This document shows positions 22,011-35,024 of a stretch of DNA of 64,000 nt, in pieces (position 1 is the first letter of the stretch; every line of letters starts with the position of its first letter). The translations under genes and the position numbers were made by a program. Below the pieces are notes generated by a model. That model did no database searches, had not been told where the DNA came from, and saw nothing but the letters and a program-made list of their open reading frames with translations. Origin of the DNA: Antechinus flavipes (lineage: Eukaryota); contig NC_067404.1 in assembly GCF_016432865.1 (NCBI RefSeq), positions 71,734,001 to 71,798,000 of the forward strand, given 5' to 3'.

Positions 22011-23039
22011 CTTTGCCTCTATGCTATCTTTCCTCTCCTGATTATTATTGCTTTCAATCGTAGGCTCATCATGTAGTCACCTCTGTGGGATCCCAATTTT
22101 TCCTTGAGACTGTTCCAAATTCCATACAAGACACGCCGGCTACTCTCTATCCTGTGGTATCCATAAAAATACAAAACAGGAAGAAATAGATCATAGGATT
22201 GTAGCTGGAGTGATCTTACGATGCCTGTGCTCTGGGGCCAATAGAGTTGGACGTACTCAGTGGCTTCTAGCTGAGAAACAGCTGCTTCCGTTTGCTAGTG
22301 ATATAGCAACTCCTGACGTGTCCCATCACCTAGAAGATGTGTCATAAAGGATCAGCTATTAAGGCTTATGGAGACAGATTCTTATGGGAAAAGCACCATC
22401 CTTTGCTCTTTTTTCCAGAGAAAGGAAAGATTCCGGGACAGTTCTCCTTTGGCCTCCCACCCCTTACCCCAGGAACAATGAATGACAGCTGTTAATTTCA
22501 GTGCAGGGTAAAGAGAACTTGGGCTTGCCTGGGTGTATCTGAGACTATACTTTAGCTCCTTGGCTGCCCTTTCTTTTTGATGTTCTTTCTTTAAGCCTAG
22601 GTCACTGAAGAGCAATCCTGAGAAATGGACATCTCCAGGCTTATTGGTAACTTCATGAATGTGAAGTCAAGTGGTTGAAAATTGCTGAATGGGTGCCAGT
22701 TGCCCAATGGTAGGTTCTTCTGCCAGGGATATCACGTCTCTTAGAAGATTACCACTGACAGAATCATTCCGAACGTGATGGGACTAAAGAATTAGCCATA
22801 AAATCAAGATCTGGGAGATGCAGAAAAAAAGTACCAATCCATAATGAAAGTGAAATGTCTGTTGAGCAGTTACACAGAGTTGTCTTTTATCAGCAAGAAG
22901 CATATAATCGGTATAAGAAGACAGAGGGGTCCAGAAGCTTCATCCCCTTCTCTGTGAGGGAGGAGGAGAAATCAAGCTCTATGTGAGTTCTTACCCAGAC
23001 CCCCTTTTTTCAGAAAGCATCTCCCAGGTTTCAAGTCAC

Positions 23040-23200
23040 AAGATCAAAACTTCTGACCCAGAAAGGCCCTTAGGTTCAGGTTCACCATTGCTTCACAGAT
23101 GCAGAGCTCAAACCCCAAGTGGTAAACAGCTAGCTTAAGGTCACAGAGAGAGGAAGCAGGTATGTGAATCTTAATCTTCTGACTCCCAGTCTGGGAATTG
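23040..23200 (-). mobile_element. MIR SINE fragment
   Basis: AAGGTCACAGAG...CTTCTGACTCCCAG, reverse core. Confidence 0.5.
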
Positions 23201-23699
23201 TCCCAGCTACCCCGCCTCCACCAAGCACACAATGTCTAGATCGGATCCAAGAAAGCAAACAGAGACTATATTGATCAGTCTTCCAACACACAAACTGTCC
23301 ATTAAAAATTTTGAATGACGTTATTACATAATCAATATGCGGACCAGGTCACTGATTGAAAAGACTTGTATCTCCACATTAGCCAACATACCATCTGCCT
23401 TATTTCTAAGTATTCCCCACATTCCTGATCCCTTTCATTTGACCTTTAGGTAACAAATCACCTCTCTGAGACACGACTTTTTTGTGCTCTTTTGAATGGC
23501 CTCTTAAGGCAGGCTGCAGTGTAATAGATATTGACAAATGGTATGGCTATGCATCACTGAGGATGACCCGAGAATTTTAAACATCTTGAAGGTATTGAGT
23601 TTACTCAGCCATATAATAATTATTATACTTGGTCACTGTAATAGACTGCTCCGGGAATCTGCAAACCGAAAGGAGCAAGTTCAGCATTGAGTCTATGCC

Positions 23700-24480
23700 C
23701 CTGCCTCCAAGCAGAGATTCACTAAGGCACAGAGATCTGCAGCTGCTCTCTCTTTCTTCTCGTTTCTTCTAATTTCAAAGGCTCCACTGGACTTCATCCC
23801 CAGGCCTCTATGCTCTCTCGTACCCCTGCCTTCCCTCAAAAAAAAAAATCCCTGGCTCTTCCTCTTTCTCCCATACCTACTTATGTTCATGTTAACCCCA
23901 TCCTATCAGTCAGCCACCATCCTTAAACGTCATCTTGGTCATTTTTACTCTTTCTTGATCACTCACACCTCCATTAATCACTAAGAACTACTGAATCTCC
24001 CTTCAAGATGGTCTTCACCCTCTCCCGGGACTTTCTCAATCTAGTCCCCATCTCCTCATAACAAGACCTGTGCAATAATCTAACTGATTTCCTGCCTCCA
24101 GTATCTTCTCCCACCAACCAAGCATGCTGTTACAAAAGAAATCTCCCAGCATTACCACTGCTTCATGGTGGCATGCCCCTATTCAGAAACCCTTCAAAAG
24201 GGCCCAAGAGAAAGCTATAGAATCAGATTCCCAAAGACCTTATCCTGGCATTTGAGCCTTATCATAGTCTGGTCTCCACCTTACTGACAACTTCTCAAAA
24301 TAAACTTTCTAAGGAGACTCAGTCCCTCTTGCCCACATAGAATCCTTTCATTCTTGCCTCTCTGCCTTTCCTTATGTCCTCCTCCACAGCTGTCATCAAC
24401 TCCTAGCCTTCCTGGCCTCTCCCACTTTCCAATTCCAAATCATATTTCCAGACTCAAGACAAACCTCAATGAAGACTTCC
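23700..24480 (+). mobile_element. L2 LINE fragment
   Basis: Pyrimidine-rich L2-type text such as CTAGTCCCCATCTCCTCAT and CTGATTTCCTGCCTCCAG. Confidence 0.6.
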
Positions 24481-24713
24481 CATGTCATTCAAAATCCACA
24501 TGATCCACGGAATCACAAATTGAGTTGTCAGAAGACGATCGTGACTAGAAGGTGTTTTTGTAGGCCGAAAAGCATGACAGATGCACAAACTCAATGATGT
24601 CTTCAGCCCTTTAGGTACCTGAAAAGGTACCAGCTACCCACCCCAATTATGTGGTCAAGAGAAGGCTGGAATCATGACTCTAGATGACTGACTCTAAAAC
24701 TGATGATGTTCAT

Positions 24714-24910
24714 NNNNNNNNNNNNNNNNNNNNNNNNNNNNNNNNNNNNNNNNNNNNNNNNNNNNNNNNNNNNNNNNNNNNNNNNNNNNNNNNNNNNNNN
24801 NNNNNNNNNNNNNNNNNNNNNNNNNNNNNNNNNNNNNNNNNNNNNNNNNNNNNNNNNNNNNNNNNNNNNNNNNNNNNNNNNNNNNNNNNNNNNNNNNNNN
24901 NNNNNNNNNN
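24714..24910. other. Assembly gap (197 N)
   Basis: Read directly. Confidence 1.
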
Positions 24911-26489
24911 GGAAGGAAGAGGGAAGAAGAGAGGGACAAACATAGGCTGGATTTGTTTAAAAAAAACAGCATTTTTTTAAGGAGCATTATGAGATGGCTT
25001 CTGTTCCTCCTCTTACTCTGCCTGAATGCTGTAATTGGATTGTTTCCCCAATTCATTCTTCACTCTAAAGTCTGAATCCTTTTTCTTACATAGAGATCTG
25101 CTCAGAGCAGCTGAGTCCTAGGTGAGCTTCATTTCCCTGCACTATAAAATAAGGGAGTTAAGCTAGATGGTATCTGTGTTGGAGCCAGCCTAGACCGGCT
25201 TGGGAATATCCACTCTTAAATTCACCTCAGACATTTGGTAAACTTTGTTGACTATCATTATTAATTATGAGAGTCAGACATGACTGAAATAACAAGAACA
25301 AACATTCCAGTGACATAGCCTTAGTCAACATGGTCACCGACATCTCTTGCTCCCCTGGTGAAACCATATCTTTTCCAGGGCAGATGCCAGGCCTCCTGTT
25401 TTCCTGTGCCCCTTGATTCAGAACACCCAGCATATTGCCATGTGCTGGTAGGTGCTTCCCCACCCACTCCTCCCGTAGTTCCAGTATTAGTGCTGGACAG
25501 ATCCTGACCATATTTTCAGTCCCAAGAGGATGAACCAGAGAGGAGGCTGGGCTAAGGAAATAGGAGGAAGAATTGAATGAAAAGAAGCAATCTGCTACAG
25601 CATATTACCTGCACACCATCTAAGAGCCACTCCAATAGCTTAATCACTAGTCATTTGCCCTTCCCAGAGACAGATAGTCTTTGTTGACCTAAGAAGGAAA
25701 ACAGGGGGAGTGGGGAATTGTAGCCCTTCCTTCACTTTCTATACTTTAAATCCCAAAGCTTCCAGCATTTTGTTTCTTGGGACTAACAACCAACAAGTGT
25801 GGGTGAGAATGGATGCCGGCAGTGTATCGTTCTCAGTTGGATGCAAAGCCACTGCAAGCATATTTAGGGAGATTAACAACATTGCAGTTCTCTTGGATTC
25901 GAAGCTGCAGAACGCAACAGAATGGAAAATGAGTGTCTAGGCCGGAGCCCCGCTCCGTGGCAAAGCTGTGGGATTGGTGTCAGGTTCATCTACATCATTG
26001 CCTCAACAAACCTGAAAACCATTGGTGAGGATAACCCTGGTAACAATAATACCTTCCGCATGTGCAGCTTTAAACTCGCTGAGGTGTTTTGACGTGTCTG
26101 TTCCTTATTTGATCACAAATATTTATAACAAATAATCATCTCTCTCAACCCCCCCCCCCACAAATGACCAAATTTCTTTTGGATAAAAAGTTAAACACCC
26201 TCTTTAATGTGTCAGGAATAAAAGACTTAGAATTCTAGGGAAGAATCCATAAAGGAAGAATGAAAAATTTCAGGGTCCTATGAGGAGATGGTGACCTTGT
26301 AAGAGTGGGGATTCCATCCCCTGAACTTGGGAGGAGACCACACCCCAACCAACCTGTAGGGAGCACCCCAAACTAAGCTGAAGGGAGCACTACTTCAGTG
26401 TTCAGGGAAATCCACTATCTCCATGTCTTTGCAAAGATTCTCTCCTTAATTTAATGGGTTTAGCCTCCTTCTCATATCTCCACTGAGCG

Positions 26490-26620
26490 GTGAAGATCTG
26501 TCAGAAGCTCTGGGTTAGAAGCCTACTTCTAGCACTAGCTATGATGATCATGAGCAAGCTACTTCAACTCTCTAAGCCTCAGTGTCACCATCTGCAAAAT
26601 GGGGACATTAATAGCCCTAA
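26490..26620 (+). mobile_element. MIR SINE
   Basis: GCCTCAGTGTCACCATCTGCAAAATGGGGAC. Confidence 0.7.
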
Positions 26621-26635
26621 AGATATATACAGATG

Positions 26636-26637
<2 letters not shown>

Positions 26638-26677
<40 letters not shown>
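26638..26677. repeat. (CA)n microsatellite
   Basis: Read directly. Confidence 0.97.
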
Positions 26678-26678
<1 letters not shown>

Positions 26679-26916
26679 AGCTAGGTGGTACATTGGATAG
26701 AGCACCAGACCTGCAGTCAACTTCCAGAGTTGAAATCTAGCTTCAGACATTTACTGGCTGTATGACCCTGGGTAAGTCCCTTCACCCTGTCTGCCTCAGT
26801 TTCCTTATCTGTCAAATGAGCCAGAGAAGGAAATGGCAAGCCGCTCTAGTGTCTCTGCCAAGAAAACCCCTAATAGGGTCACAAAGAGTTGGACATGACT
26901 GAAGAGACTGAACAAC
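26678..26916 (+). mobile_element. Near full-length MAR1 SINE
   Basis: Head CAGCTAGGTGG...GGATAGAGC, CORE, then the RTE-like tail GAGAAGGAAATGGCAA...GCCAAGAAAACCCC...GGGTCACAAAGAGTTGGACATGACTGAA. Confidence 0.9.
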
Positions 26917-26929
26917 TTCTTATAAATCC

Positions 26930-27200
26930 ATTCCCATAAGTATTTAAGCCCTTACTAAGCTCAAGGCATTCCACTAGACATTTTGAATGCAAGGAAACAA
27001 TGAAAAGCAGTCCTCCATTTCAAAGAGCTTACAGTTTCTTGGGGAGATATGACATGCAAATGTTAAATATATGGATGTTTGCTTGAGGGGGGAGAGAACA
27101 CTCATAATTAGGGAGATAAGGAAAGGCTTCCTTATAGGAAGTGGCACATTAGCTATGGCCGAGAGCTGAAATTTCTAAGACATCTAAGGAGGAAGAGGAC
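26930..27200 (-). mobile_element. L2 LINE 3' fragment
   Basis: AAGTATTTAAGCCCTTACT...TCAAAGAGCTTACAG, reverse L2 end. Confidence 0.6.
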
Positions 27201-27433
27201 AGAGATAAGGGCCGGCAAAGCAAACGCCAAGGGGTGTGCTACCCAGTGGGTAAGATGTGTGTGTCTATACCTGAGAGAGACAGATGGATATCTCTGGAAT
27301 CTCGTCCATCTCTCTGCAGGAGAGACTTGTACTCTTGCTTGAAGAGAAACAGGAGGAGGATCTGGAAGCTGGTCATGCTGTTCTCCTCTAAGAGAGAGTA
27401 CCGGACTAGAATGATTATATCATTCTGTCCCCT

Positions 27434-27462
27434 AACCACCACCACCACCACCACCATCACAA
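27434..27462. repeat. (ACC)n trinucleotide repeat
   Basis: Read directly. Confidence 0.9.
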
Positions 27463-28009
27463 CCCCCTGTCGCTGGTCTAAGAGACATGATTTGTCTTTT
27501 TTAGATGCAAAAGTTACAAAGCGGTTTTTGTCCTTGACCATTGACCTTTAATGGAGGAAGGCACCTGAGCTTATACCCGCATGCTTGACTCCTTCCCAGC
27601 AAATATTAGCTACACAAAAGACTATCACAAATCACAAGGAGTAAGTAGACCCAGTTAGTCAATACAGCACATAGAAACTGGAAAAGTTTAAAAAAAAAGA
27701 AAAAGAAAAATATCTTTTTAGATAGATACATATCTATAGAGATCAGTGAATACCAGAAAAGACAAAGAACAGATAGGCTCTCCCACTTTGAGGAAATCAA
27801 GAGATTCCCCAATCTCATCCAAGGTGAAAATTCCTGGTCTTTAAAGAGGCAGACTGGGAATCTAGGATATGTTGAGGCACTGGTTCCTTGACATGTTTGC
27901 CATCCCCCCCCCAAAGGGTGGAATTCCATCTGTCCTTCACAGACTGGGAATTGAGAATGTCTTTTTTTCTCCAGAGCTCTTAGCCCAGTTCTAGTAGACA
28001 CCCAGCTGG

Positions 28010-28140
28010 ATGCTTCATTCTCTCTACCACTTGAGTGGCAGCTCACAAAAGACCTGGCTTCAAGTCCTGCCTCTGAAACACATTGGCTGTATGTCCCTAT
28101 GCCAGTCATTCAACTTTGCAGCATCTCAGGCAATTCTATT
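28010..28140 (+). mobile_element. MIR SINE
   Basis: GACCTGGCTTCAAGTCCTGCCTCTGA head-like motif. Confidence 0.55.
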
Positions 28141-28649
28141 ATTGAGGAATTGCTGATTCAAATTCTCACCTTCTTCAAAAAGCTTTTCCTTGGCTCTATG
28201 AATACCAGTATCGTTCTTCTGTTATCTCCAATTTATCCAATTATACCTTTTTTGTATCTAGTTGTATGCATGCTGTCTTCTCCATTAGACTGACTTGAGA
28301 ACGTGTTTGCATTTTTTTTGCTTTTCTTTATAGCCTCAGGATTTACCATAGTATCTGGAACACAGTAAGCCATTAGTAAATATGCTTCTTGACTTGACTT
28401 AAAAACAGTGCATTGATTCGGTTTGGTGCAGCTTCTCTACCTCAACGTTGGTCATGTTCAAGATGAGATGATTGTAGTGAAGAGGTAACTAGGTGGAGTT
28501 GGCAGGGAAAGACTGAAGCATCGAGGGAGTTACTTCCTGAGGCAAGCAGGGAAGGGCACTGATAGAGGTCAGTATAGCCTTTTAGTCCTACCCTCTGTGG
28601 AGGTCATGGTTAGCCCCACCTTGCTCTATCTGGTCGGAAATCCAAGTTA

Positions 28650-29443
28650 TGTCAAATCCTTGAGATTAAATCTCCCCGATAAATCTGCCCATGGCTCATA
28701 CCATCTTTGCTGAACCCCTCTTGGGTTAGTCCACCCTAACACCCTGCCTCATGGTGCCTTCTCCCTCACCCCTTCCCCATGCTATGTGGTGTCTCTCCTC
28801 TCACCCCCCACCATGCCACTAATCTTTCTCCTCCTTATAGCTAACTCTTTTAGAGTACTAAATCACTTTTGCTATTTAGCTTGCCAGCTAACGGCATATT
28901 CCAATTTATAGGGTGCTTCCTTTCTCCTGGTTAATTGTGAATTCCATTGGGGAACTCATCTTTTCCACCATTAATCGTTAAAACCCTTTTCTTATTATCT
29001 ATATGCTTTCCTAACTTTAGTTCATATTTACCATTCCTGGTGTCTGTTGTATCTTCTGTACCGCCTGTTGTAATGGGCTGAGGCTGGAATTGATGCACTG
29101 AGGTCCCAAGCACGTGAGGCTAAATAGTAATTGGACCATACTCTATTAATATCTATGCTTGGAGAAAGAATGACCCCGCTCACTCTTTGTTCAAGTCCTG
29201 ATGTGCTGTATAGGAAATGACGATTTTGGTGGGTGGAGGCAGGGGAGTGGAGAGGGAAGCGGAAAGAGAGACTGCTGGCTGGGCATCTTGTTGCAGCTGC
29301 ACACATTGATATTGCAACCCCGCTTCACCTCCAATCCCCCTTCACCTTCTATCTTTCTTCACCTTCACTAAGAATAAAGATCAACGATTTTCCCCTAACC
29401 TGAATTCCTGACTCCGGCTGATTTTAAATACGTGGCCATCACA
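28650..29443 (+). mobile_element. Solo LTR (ERV-derived)
   Basis: TG start candidate TGTCAAATCC, U3/R-like organisation, AATAAA at 29373-29378 and a CA end at ...GGCCATCACA. No internal gag/pol and no TSD identified. Confidence 0.7.
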
Positions 29444-29599
29444 GCCTGTAACCCCTTCTCCTAAATAAACCTACATTTTGCCAAAGAGAATGGTCATTAT
29501 GAATTCCTCACATGATCAAACTCCAACATTTGGTGCCTACAATCTCATTATCTGGTGCTAAACCCCAAGCACATCATCTGGCACCAGGAATTGCTTTCC

Positions 29600-29870
29600 T
29601 AAATCACATCAAAGGTCTGATGTTGGGTAGATATCAAGATGAGTGGAGAGATGGGGACATGTGAGAGATATTGGAGAGTTACAATTAACAGGACCAAGCA
29701 ACCTCTTAAATACTACAGATTGGAGAGAATGAAGGGGCTAGGTTGACTCTGTGGTTAAAATGACTGTGGTTAAAACCTTGGTCCTGCCTTTGACAAAGAG
29801 AGAAGTTTGGAAAAGAGTCCAGCTTAGTAAGGGGAGAATGATGCATTCAGTTTCCAACCCAGTGAGTTGT
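29600..29870 (-). mobile_element. L2 LINE fragment
   Basis: Purine-rich GTGGAGAGATGGGGAC...GAATGATGCATTCAGTTT. Confidence 0.55.
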
Positions 29871-30114
29871 TAATCGTAATACCTGAAATTTGTATAGCAT
29901 TGTAAAGTTGGCAAAGTGTTTTACATGCATTATTTCCTTCAGTCTCCAAAAAAAGCCTGTGAGCTGAGGATTTGTTCTCTGTTTGGAGTTCTTAGATTTC
30001 TATCACGAATATAAACAATAGGATAAATAGTCAAGGTTCAAGTAACCCTTTATTAGCCAAGCATATAACCTGATCCTAGCCGTCAGGAGAAGCTGGCTAT
30101 GATCCCTTCATCCA

Positions 30115-30400
30115 CTGCCAGTTAGTCAATAAGCATTTATTAAGTGCTTACTATGTACTAGGTACTGGGGATCCATCATGGAGCGGATGGGAGACAATGT
30201 AAAAGATGTATTTTGGGAAAATTGGTAATAATCTCAGGGGGAAGACAATAGCATTATGAGGGACTTGGAAGGGCTTCCTATGCAAGGTGGTTTTTCAGTT
30301 GGTGACTGAAGAAAGCCAAGAGAAGGTGGGAAAGGAAAGCATTCCAGACGCGGGAGAGAGCCGATGCAAATGTCCAGAGTTGGAATTTCAATAGACTTGG
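30115..30400 (-). mobile_element. L2 LINE 3' end
   Basis: GTCAATAAGCATTTATTAAGTGCTTACTATGTACTAGGTACTGGGGAT. Confidence 0.75.
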
Positions 30401-30407
30401 GGTGGGA

Positions 30408-30752
30408 AATGCCATCCACATCCAGAGAGAAAACGATGGAGAACAAATATGGAATGAAGCAGAGTATTTTTACCTTTGTTTGTTGCTGTCATTTGTTTGC
30501 TTTTTTTTTCTTTCTTGTGTTTTTTTCACTTTTTATCTGATTTTTCTTGTACAACATGACAAATATGGAAATATGTTTAGAAAATTGCGTATATTTAACC
30601 TATATCAGATTGCTTGCTATCTTGGAGATGGGGGGGGGGGGTAAGGGAGGAAGGGAGAAATATTTCAAATACAAAGTCTAACAGAAATGAATGCTGAAAA
30701 TTATCTTTCCATATATTTGGAAAAACAAAATACCATTGAAGGAAAAATTTTT
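30408..30752 (+). mobile_element. L1 3'UTR fragment
   Basis: Matches the 3'UTR of the L1 at about 46530-46850 (AATGCCATCCACATCCAGAGAGA...CATATATTTGGAAAAA). Confidence 0.85.
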
Positions 30753-31351
30753 TTTCCAGAGTCAGGAAATGGAGTATTTTAGGCAAGGAGCAGATAGAAC
30801 ACAGAGTACATGTAGGGAGTATGGCCTCAAGGGCAAGTGAAATTACTTGCCAAACTCTGGTCTTGGTACCACAGCGTCACTAAGCAGTCAAGTGGTTATC
30901 GAGCTGTGGGGTGATCTGCCCCATATTCCTATTCAGTTTCTACCTAGTTTACATCATAGTTTCATTACATCATGCCCAGTTTGGGTCAATCACAATAGTT
31001 TCCAAATATGAATTTTAACAAATCCCAAAGCCTGTTTCCTAATACCTTATTTGCATAGTGATCACTTTTCTAATGCTTCATTTGCATGCATATGCAAGTT
31101 GACCTTCTGATGAACACATCTGACTAAAATTAAATGTTTGCCAGCTACTGGCAAGATTTAGAAAGCACAATCTGATTTTCTGTTAGAAAGCAAGTGATTT
31201 GCACATGGTCACACAGCTAGTATCTAAGATGGAATTTTAACCACATTTTTCCAGTTCTCTGTCCACCAGGAAATGTTGCCGGTAGTTGGAGTCTGAGAGA
31301 CTTGGGAGTCGTCCGTGTAGAGATGGTAACTGAACTTCTAACAGTATAGTA

Positions 31352-31392
31352 TAGAGATGTACTATAGTATAGTATAGACAGTATAGAGAGAG
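31352..31392. repeat. Degenerate (TATAG)n repeat
   Basis: Read directly. Confidence 0.8.
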
Positions 31393-32124
31393 GACAGAGT
31401 CTTGGGGGACCTCCCTGCTTTGCCCACAGATACCCAAAGTGAAGGCTCTTGCTGGATTAAGTGTTATTTCTCCTCACAGGAACCAAGGTGCCAATAATTA
31501 GCCATGTCCTTCATGAGCAGCATTTTCCTTTTGGTTATAAAGCAGAGAGTAGTGATGGCTCCATCTCCAAAGTTTTTCATCATAGCAACTGTTCCTCCTG
31601 CCTGCTCTCTGAAGCTTTCCCTACCCACTTCCTGACCTTGAATCTTTCATTCAGACCCATCCCGCCCCTTTTGGACACAGAACCATGAACAGACCAGCTT
31701 CCCTGACAACAGCTTTGGCCAGTCGGATCATGTCCCTTATCTAGTTCTTCCTAATACCCTGCAGCAGCAACAGGCCTTATGCTCTTTAGAGATGGGCACT
31801 TTGTAGCTTGTCTCAGAGCTTCTCTGCTTTGAGCTTTACTTCTTATTTGCTGCACTGGCTTCTCACCATACTGGAAACTGTTTCTAGTCCTGTTCTAGTA
31901 ACCGGCTGCCCAAACTTGTGATTATCCCATTGATGGTTAGTTGAATTTTGCATGCATTTCTTCTTGGAAAGTAGAAGCCATATATGGCATTTCATGTGGC
32001 AAGGCCCTGGCTCTTTCCTCACCACTTTCCACAAGTCTCTAATCATCTGCATTATAATCTAACATTTCTTCTCCCATTTATATTCTCTATATTCTCTCTC
32101 ATTTCAATCTCTCCCACACGATTC

Positions 32125-32330
32125 TTTTTTTAAAAAAAAGTTTTCAATAGTATTTGATTTATCAAATACATGTAAAGACAGTTTCCAGCATTCATTTTTG
32201 TAATACTTTGTGTCCCAAATTTTTCTCTCTGTGTCCCTTATCTCCCTCCTCCCCAAGCAGGTGATCTAAGTGAAATACATGCAATTCTTTTAAACATGTT
32301 TCCATATTTGTCATGTTGTTGCACAGTTCT
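32125..32330 (-). mobile_element. L1 3'UTR fragment
   Basis: AAATACATGTAAAGACAGTTTCCAGCATTCATTTTTG is the reverse of the L1 3' terminus seen at about 46790-46830. Confidence 0.75.
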
Positions 32331-32359
32331 TCCTCAATTGCTTTGATAACTCAGCAAGT

Positions 32360-32850
32360 CAAAAAAATCTTGTCCGGAATCTCTAGTGCTACCAAAGTAC
32401 AAATCTCTCATCCTACCGTTCAAGGCTCAGCTATATCTGGCTCCTAATGTTTCCAAACCCAAATCCTTTGCTCTAGCCAAGTGGACTTTGGCTTTATCTC
32501 CTCACCCAGCCACTTTCCTTTCCACCTCTGGAACTTTACCAGTGTAATTCCTCCCCCTCATCCCTCTCCCCCATCTTCTCTCTGCCTAGACAAAGCCCAC
32601 CACAGTCTCCAAGTTTGCCTCCTTATTCCTAGGAACCAACAACAATTCCTTCACTTGCTTTAACTTCTGAGGCTCTGTACCACTCAAATAATTCTATTTT
32701 GTATTTTGTCTTATCTTGTATCTGTGTGCCCCCCCCCCATCTTCCCCTCAAAGAAAATAAGGTTTAAGCTTCTTAGAACAGGATCTGATATAATGCCTAG
32801 CATAGTGTTCCACACAGATTAGGAGCACAAAAAGTATTGGGGGGGATTGA
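32360..32850 (+). mobile_element. L2 LINE 3' portion
   Basis: Pyrimidine-rich body ending CCTAGCATAGTGTTCCACACAG. Confidence 0.6.
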
Positions 32851-34104
32851 ATGTTATTTCCGGATCGCCTTTGTTAACCGTTTGAGACTATAAACAATTC
32901 ACATTATCCAGAAATACTTCCCTAGGCTGATTCTGGATTAAGAACTACCTATTTCAGGAAGATGGAAGGAGCAGTGATCTTCTACTCTTCAGCTATTCAT
33001 CATGTACCCACCCATTCAAGCATCCCCCTCACCCATCCTGGAGTGTGGAGAGGGAGATTCTCCATGGCACTTATGCAGCTGCTGCCATGGGTGCCAGGGT
33101 GAAGACTGAATTATAAGTGCCCTAAATAGGTTGACAAGAGGTTCCAAAGGTCAGAGCTTTAGACCTGTCACTGCTGTAAACTGGAGAGGGAGTGAGATGG
33201 GCTATTAAGTGAAGGCAAACTATGGAAATGAATGAGTTTCACACTTAGCTTCTATATTTATACACTTTTGATGGCGTTATCCTTCATGCATTACGAGGTC
33301 GAGGTCATTGACGTATTTTAAATTGTTTCCACCAAGGACACATAAAGGAGGTTACAGAGAGAGGAAATGGGCACATTTTGAGGAACTTAGTGAAATGGGA
33401 GGCCTACAGAGACAAGGGGATCATCATTTTACTCTATTGCTTAAAAATAAAACAACTCATTGTAAAGGGGAGGTTTGTTCTAGTCTTTTCTTTAAGGCAA
33501 AGCTCTAGAATTCTCTGTCATTCTCTCAGATATCAGTATAGAGATATTCCTGTAGGTAAAAGTAATATCTTTCTTCACTGTCTCTTCTTTCTCTCTTGTG
33601 CATCCTTGCCAAACGCATACCCTTGACAGTCACCTTGATCCCATCCTCTCTTGAATCCTTCAGCACGTGGATTTAGAGCCAACTTATGGAGGGCCCCGAA
33701 CATCAAGATAGAGTTTCGAATTTACTTGGTTGGGAATGAAAAATTTTATCAAGTAGCTTCTACCCACAGGGTGGGCAAGACAGCCTAGTAGAAGCAATGA
33801 GGCACCAAGAGGAAAAGACAGAAAGTAAGATGTGTCCAGTAGAGCAGATTATCACCCCCTGCTACTTGTATTTCCCTTGTACCCTGAGGGAGATAGCTCA
33901 GGACTCTGAGTCCAGGAGTCCTGGGAATATTAGTGGCTCTTAGACCACCAGATCTGCTTCCTACCTAGTTCCCCATCCATCCCTGTGAAAAGAAAGGCCA
34001 CTTTCCTCACTATGACTACCCAACCGTCACCAACAAGCAAATGGACACAAGATCCCTAGCAATGGTAATACCCTTTGGGACACCAGTCCTGCTTAGAGGC
34101 TAGT

Positions 34105-34365
34105 CCTCATGGTTATTATGCTATTCAGTTGTGTCCAGCTCTTCATGACCCCAGGAGGAGTTTTCTTGGCAATGATATCTGTGCTGTTGGCCATTTCCTT
34201 TTCCAGCTCATTTTCCAGATGAAAAAACTGAGGCACACAGGATGAAGTGACTTAGTCAGGGTCAAATGGCTAGAAAGTGTCTGAGGCTGGATGTGAACTC
34301 AGGAAGATGAGCCTTCTTGACTCCAGGCTTGGCACTGTATCCATTGAGCCATTTATTTAGCTGTC
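34105..34365 (-). mobile_element. MAR1 SINE
   Basis: TTCAGTTGTGTCCAGCTCTTCATGACCCC...GTTTTCTTGGCA...CCATTTCCTTTTCCAGCTCATTTT. Confidence 0.88.
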
Positions 34366-34649
34366 TTTCCAAGCTATCAGTTCTGCTTTAAGCTCCTTCC
34401 TGATGGTTATTATAGGGGAAATAATTCCTGAAGAGATGGGGGCCGGGCATCCCCACTAACTGCCAACCAACTGTCACACAAGGGGCGCTGAGCTAACCTG
34501 GCTGAAGCACCCCGAGGGAGAAAAAAGCACCATGTTCCCAGAATGTCAGGCCATCTACACCATTACTCCCATCTCCCCTCACAACTGGATAGAAAGAGCC
34601 CAGGGTCTGAACTACTGCAATAGCTTTTCTGTTTGGCCTCCCAACCTCA

Positions 34650-34895
34650 GGTCCCCCCTCACTTTAATCTGTCATCCATTCAGTTGCCAAAGAAACTTTG
34701 CAAAAGTTCAAGTCTAAGCAACTCACTCTCCCTGCCCCCCCCAAAAAAAGAAATTAACCTCAGTAGCTCCCTATTTCATGTTGTCTCTCCCCCCAGAACA
34801 GAAGGTCCCTGAGGTCAGGGACCATGTTTTTGCCTTTCTTGCTGTCCCCCAGGGTCAGGCCCATAAATAAGCACTTAATAACTGCTTATTGATTG
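34650..34895 (+). mobile_element. L2 LINE 3' end
   Basis: CCCTGAGGTCAGGGACC...GCACTTAATAACTGCTTATTGATTGAC. Confidence 0.7.
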
Positions 34896-35024
34896 ACAGA
34901 CTCCAAAAGATCAAATAGCCCATATCGAGTTCAGCTCCAGAAAGACAGAAGGGTTGCTGGGGTTCCGGGCTGCCGGTGTGATTAGCCTCTCTCCAAAATA
35001 TCCTTGGCTTTGCCTGGCTGTGAA

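Noticed and set aside
24684-25056. ORFs spanning N runs (also 34954-35227)
   Set aside because: Artefacts of assembly gaps.
25094-25121. 28-nt segment with good acceptor and donor
   Set aside because: It overlaps a MIR fragment and is probably a pseudo-exon. It shows that such motif pairs arise by chance, which is why the other exon calls have modest confidence.
27606-28109. Longest ORF in the track (167 aa, minus)
   Set aside because: A composite of antisense MIR sequence and a poly-T/A tract (FFFFFF run); no protein signature.
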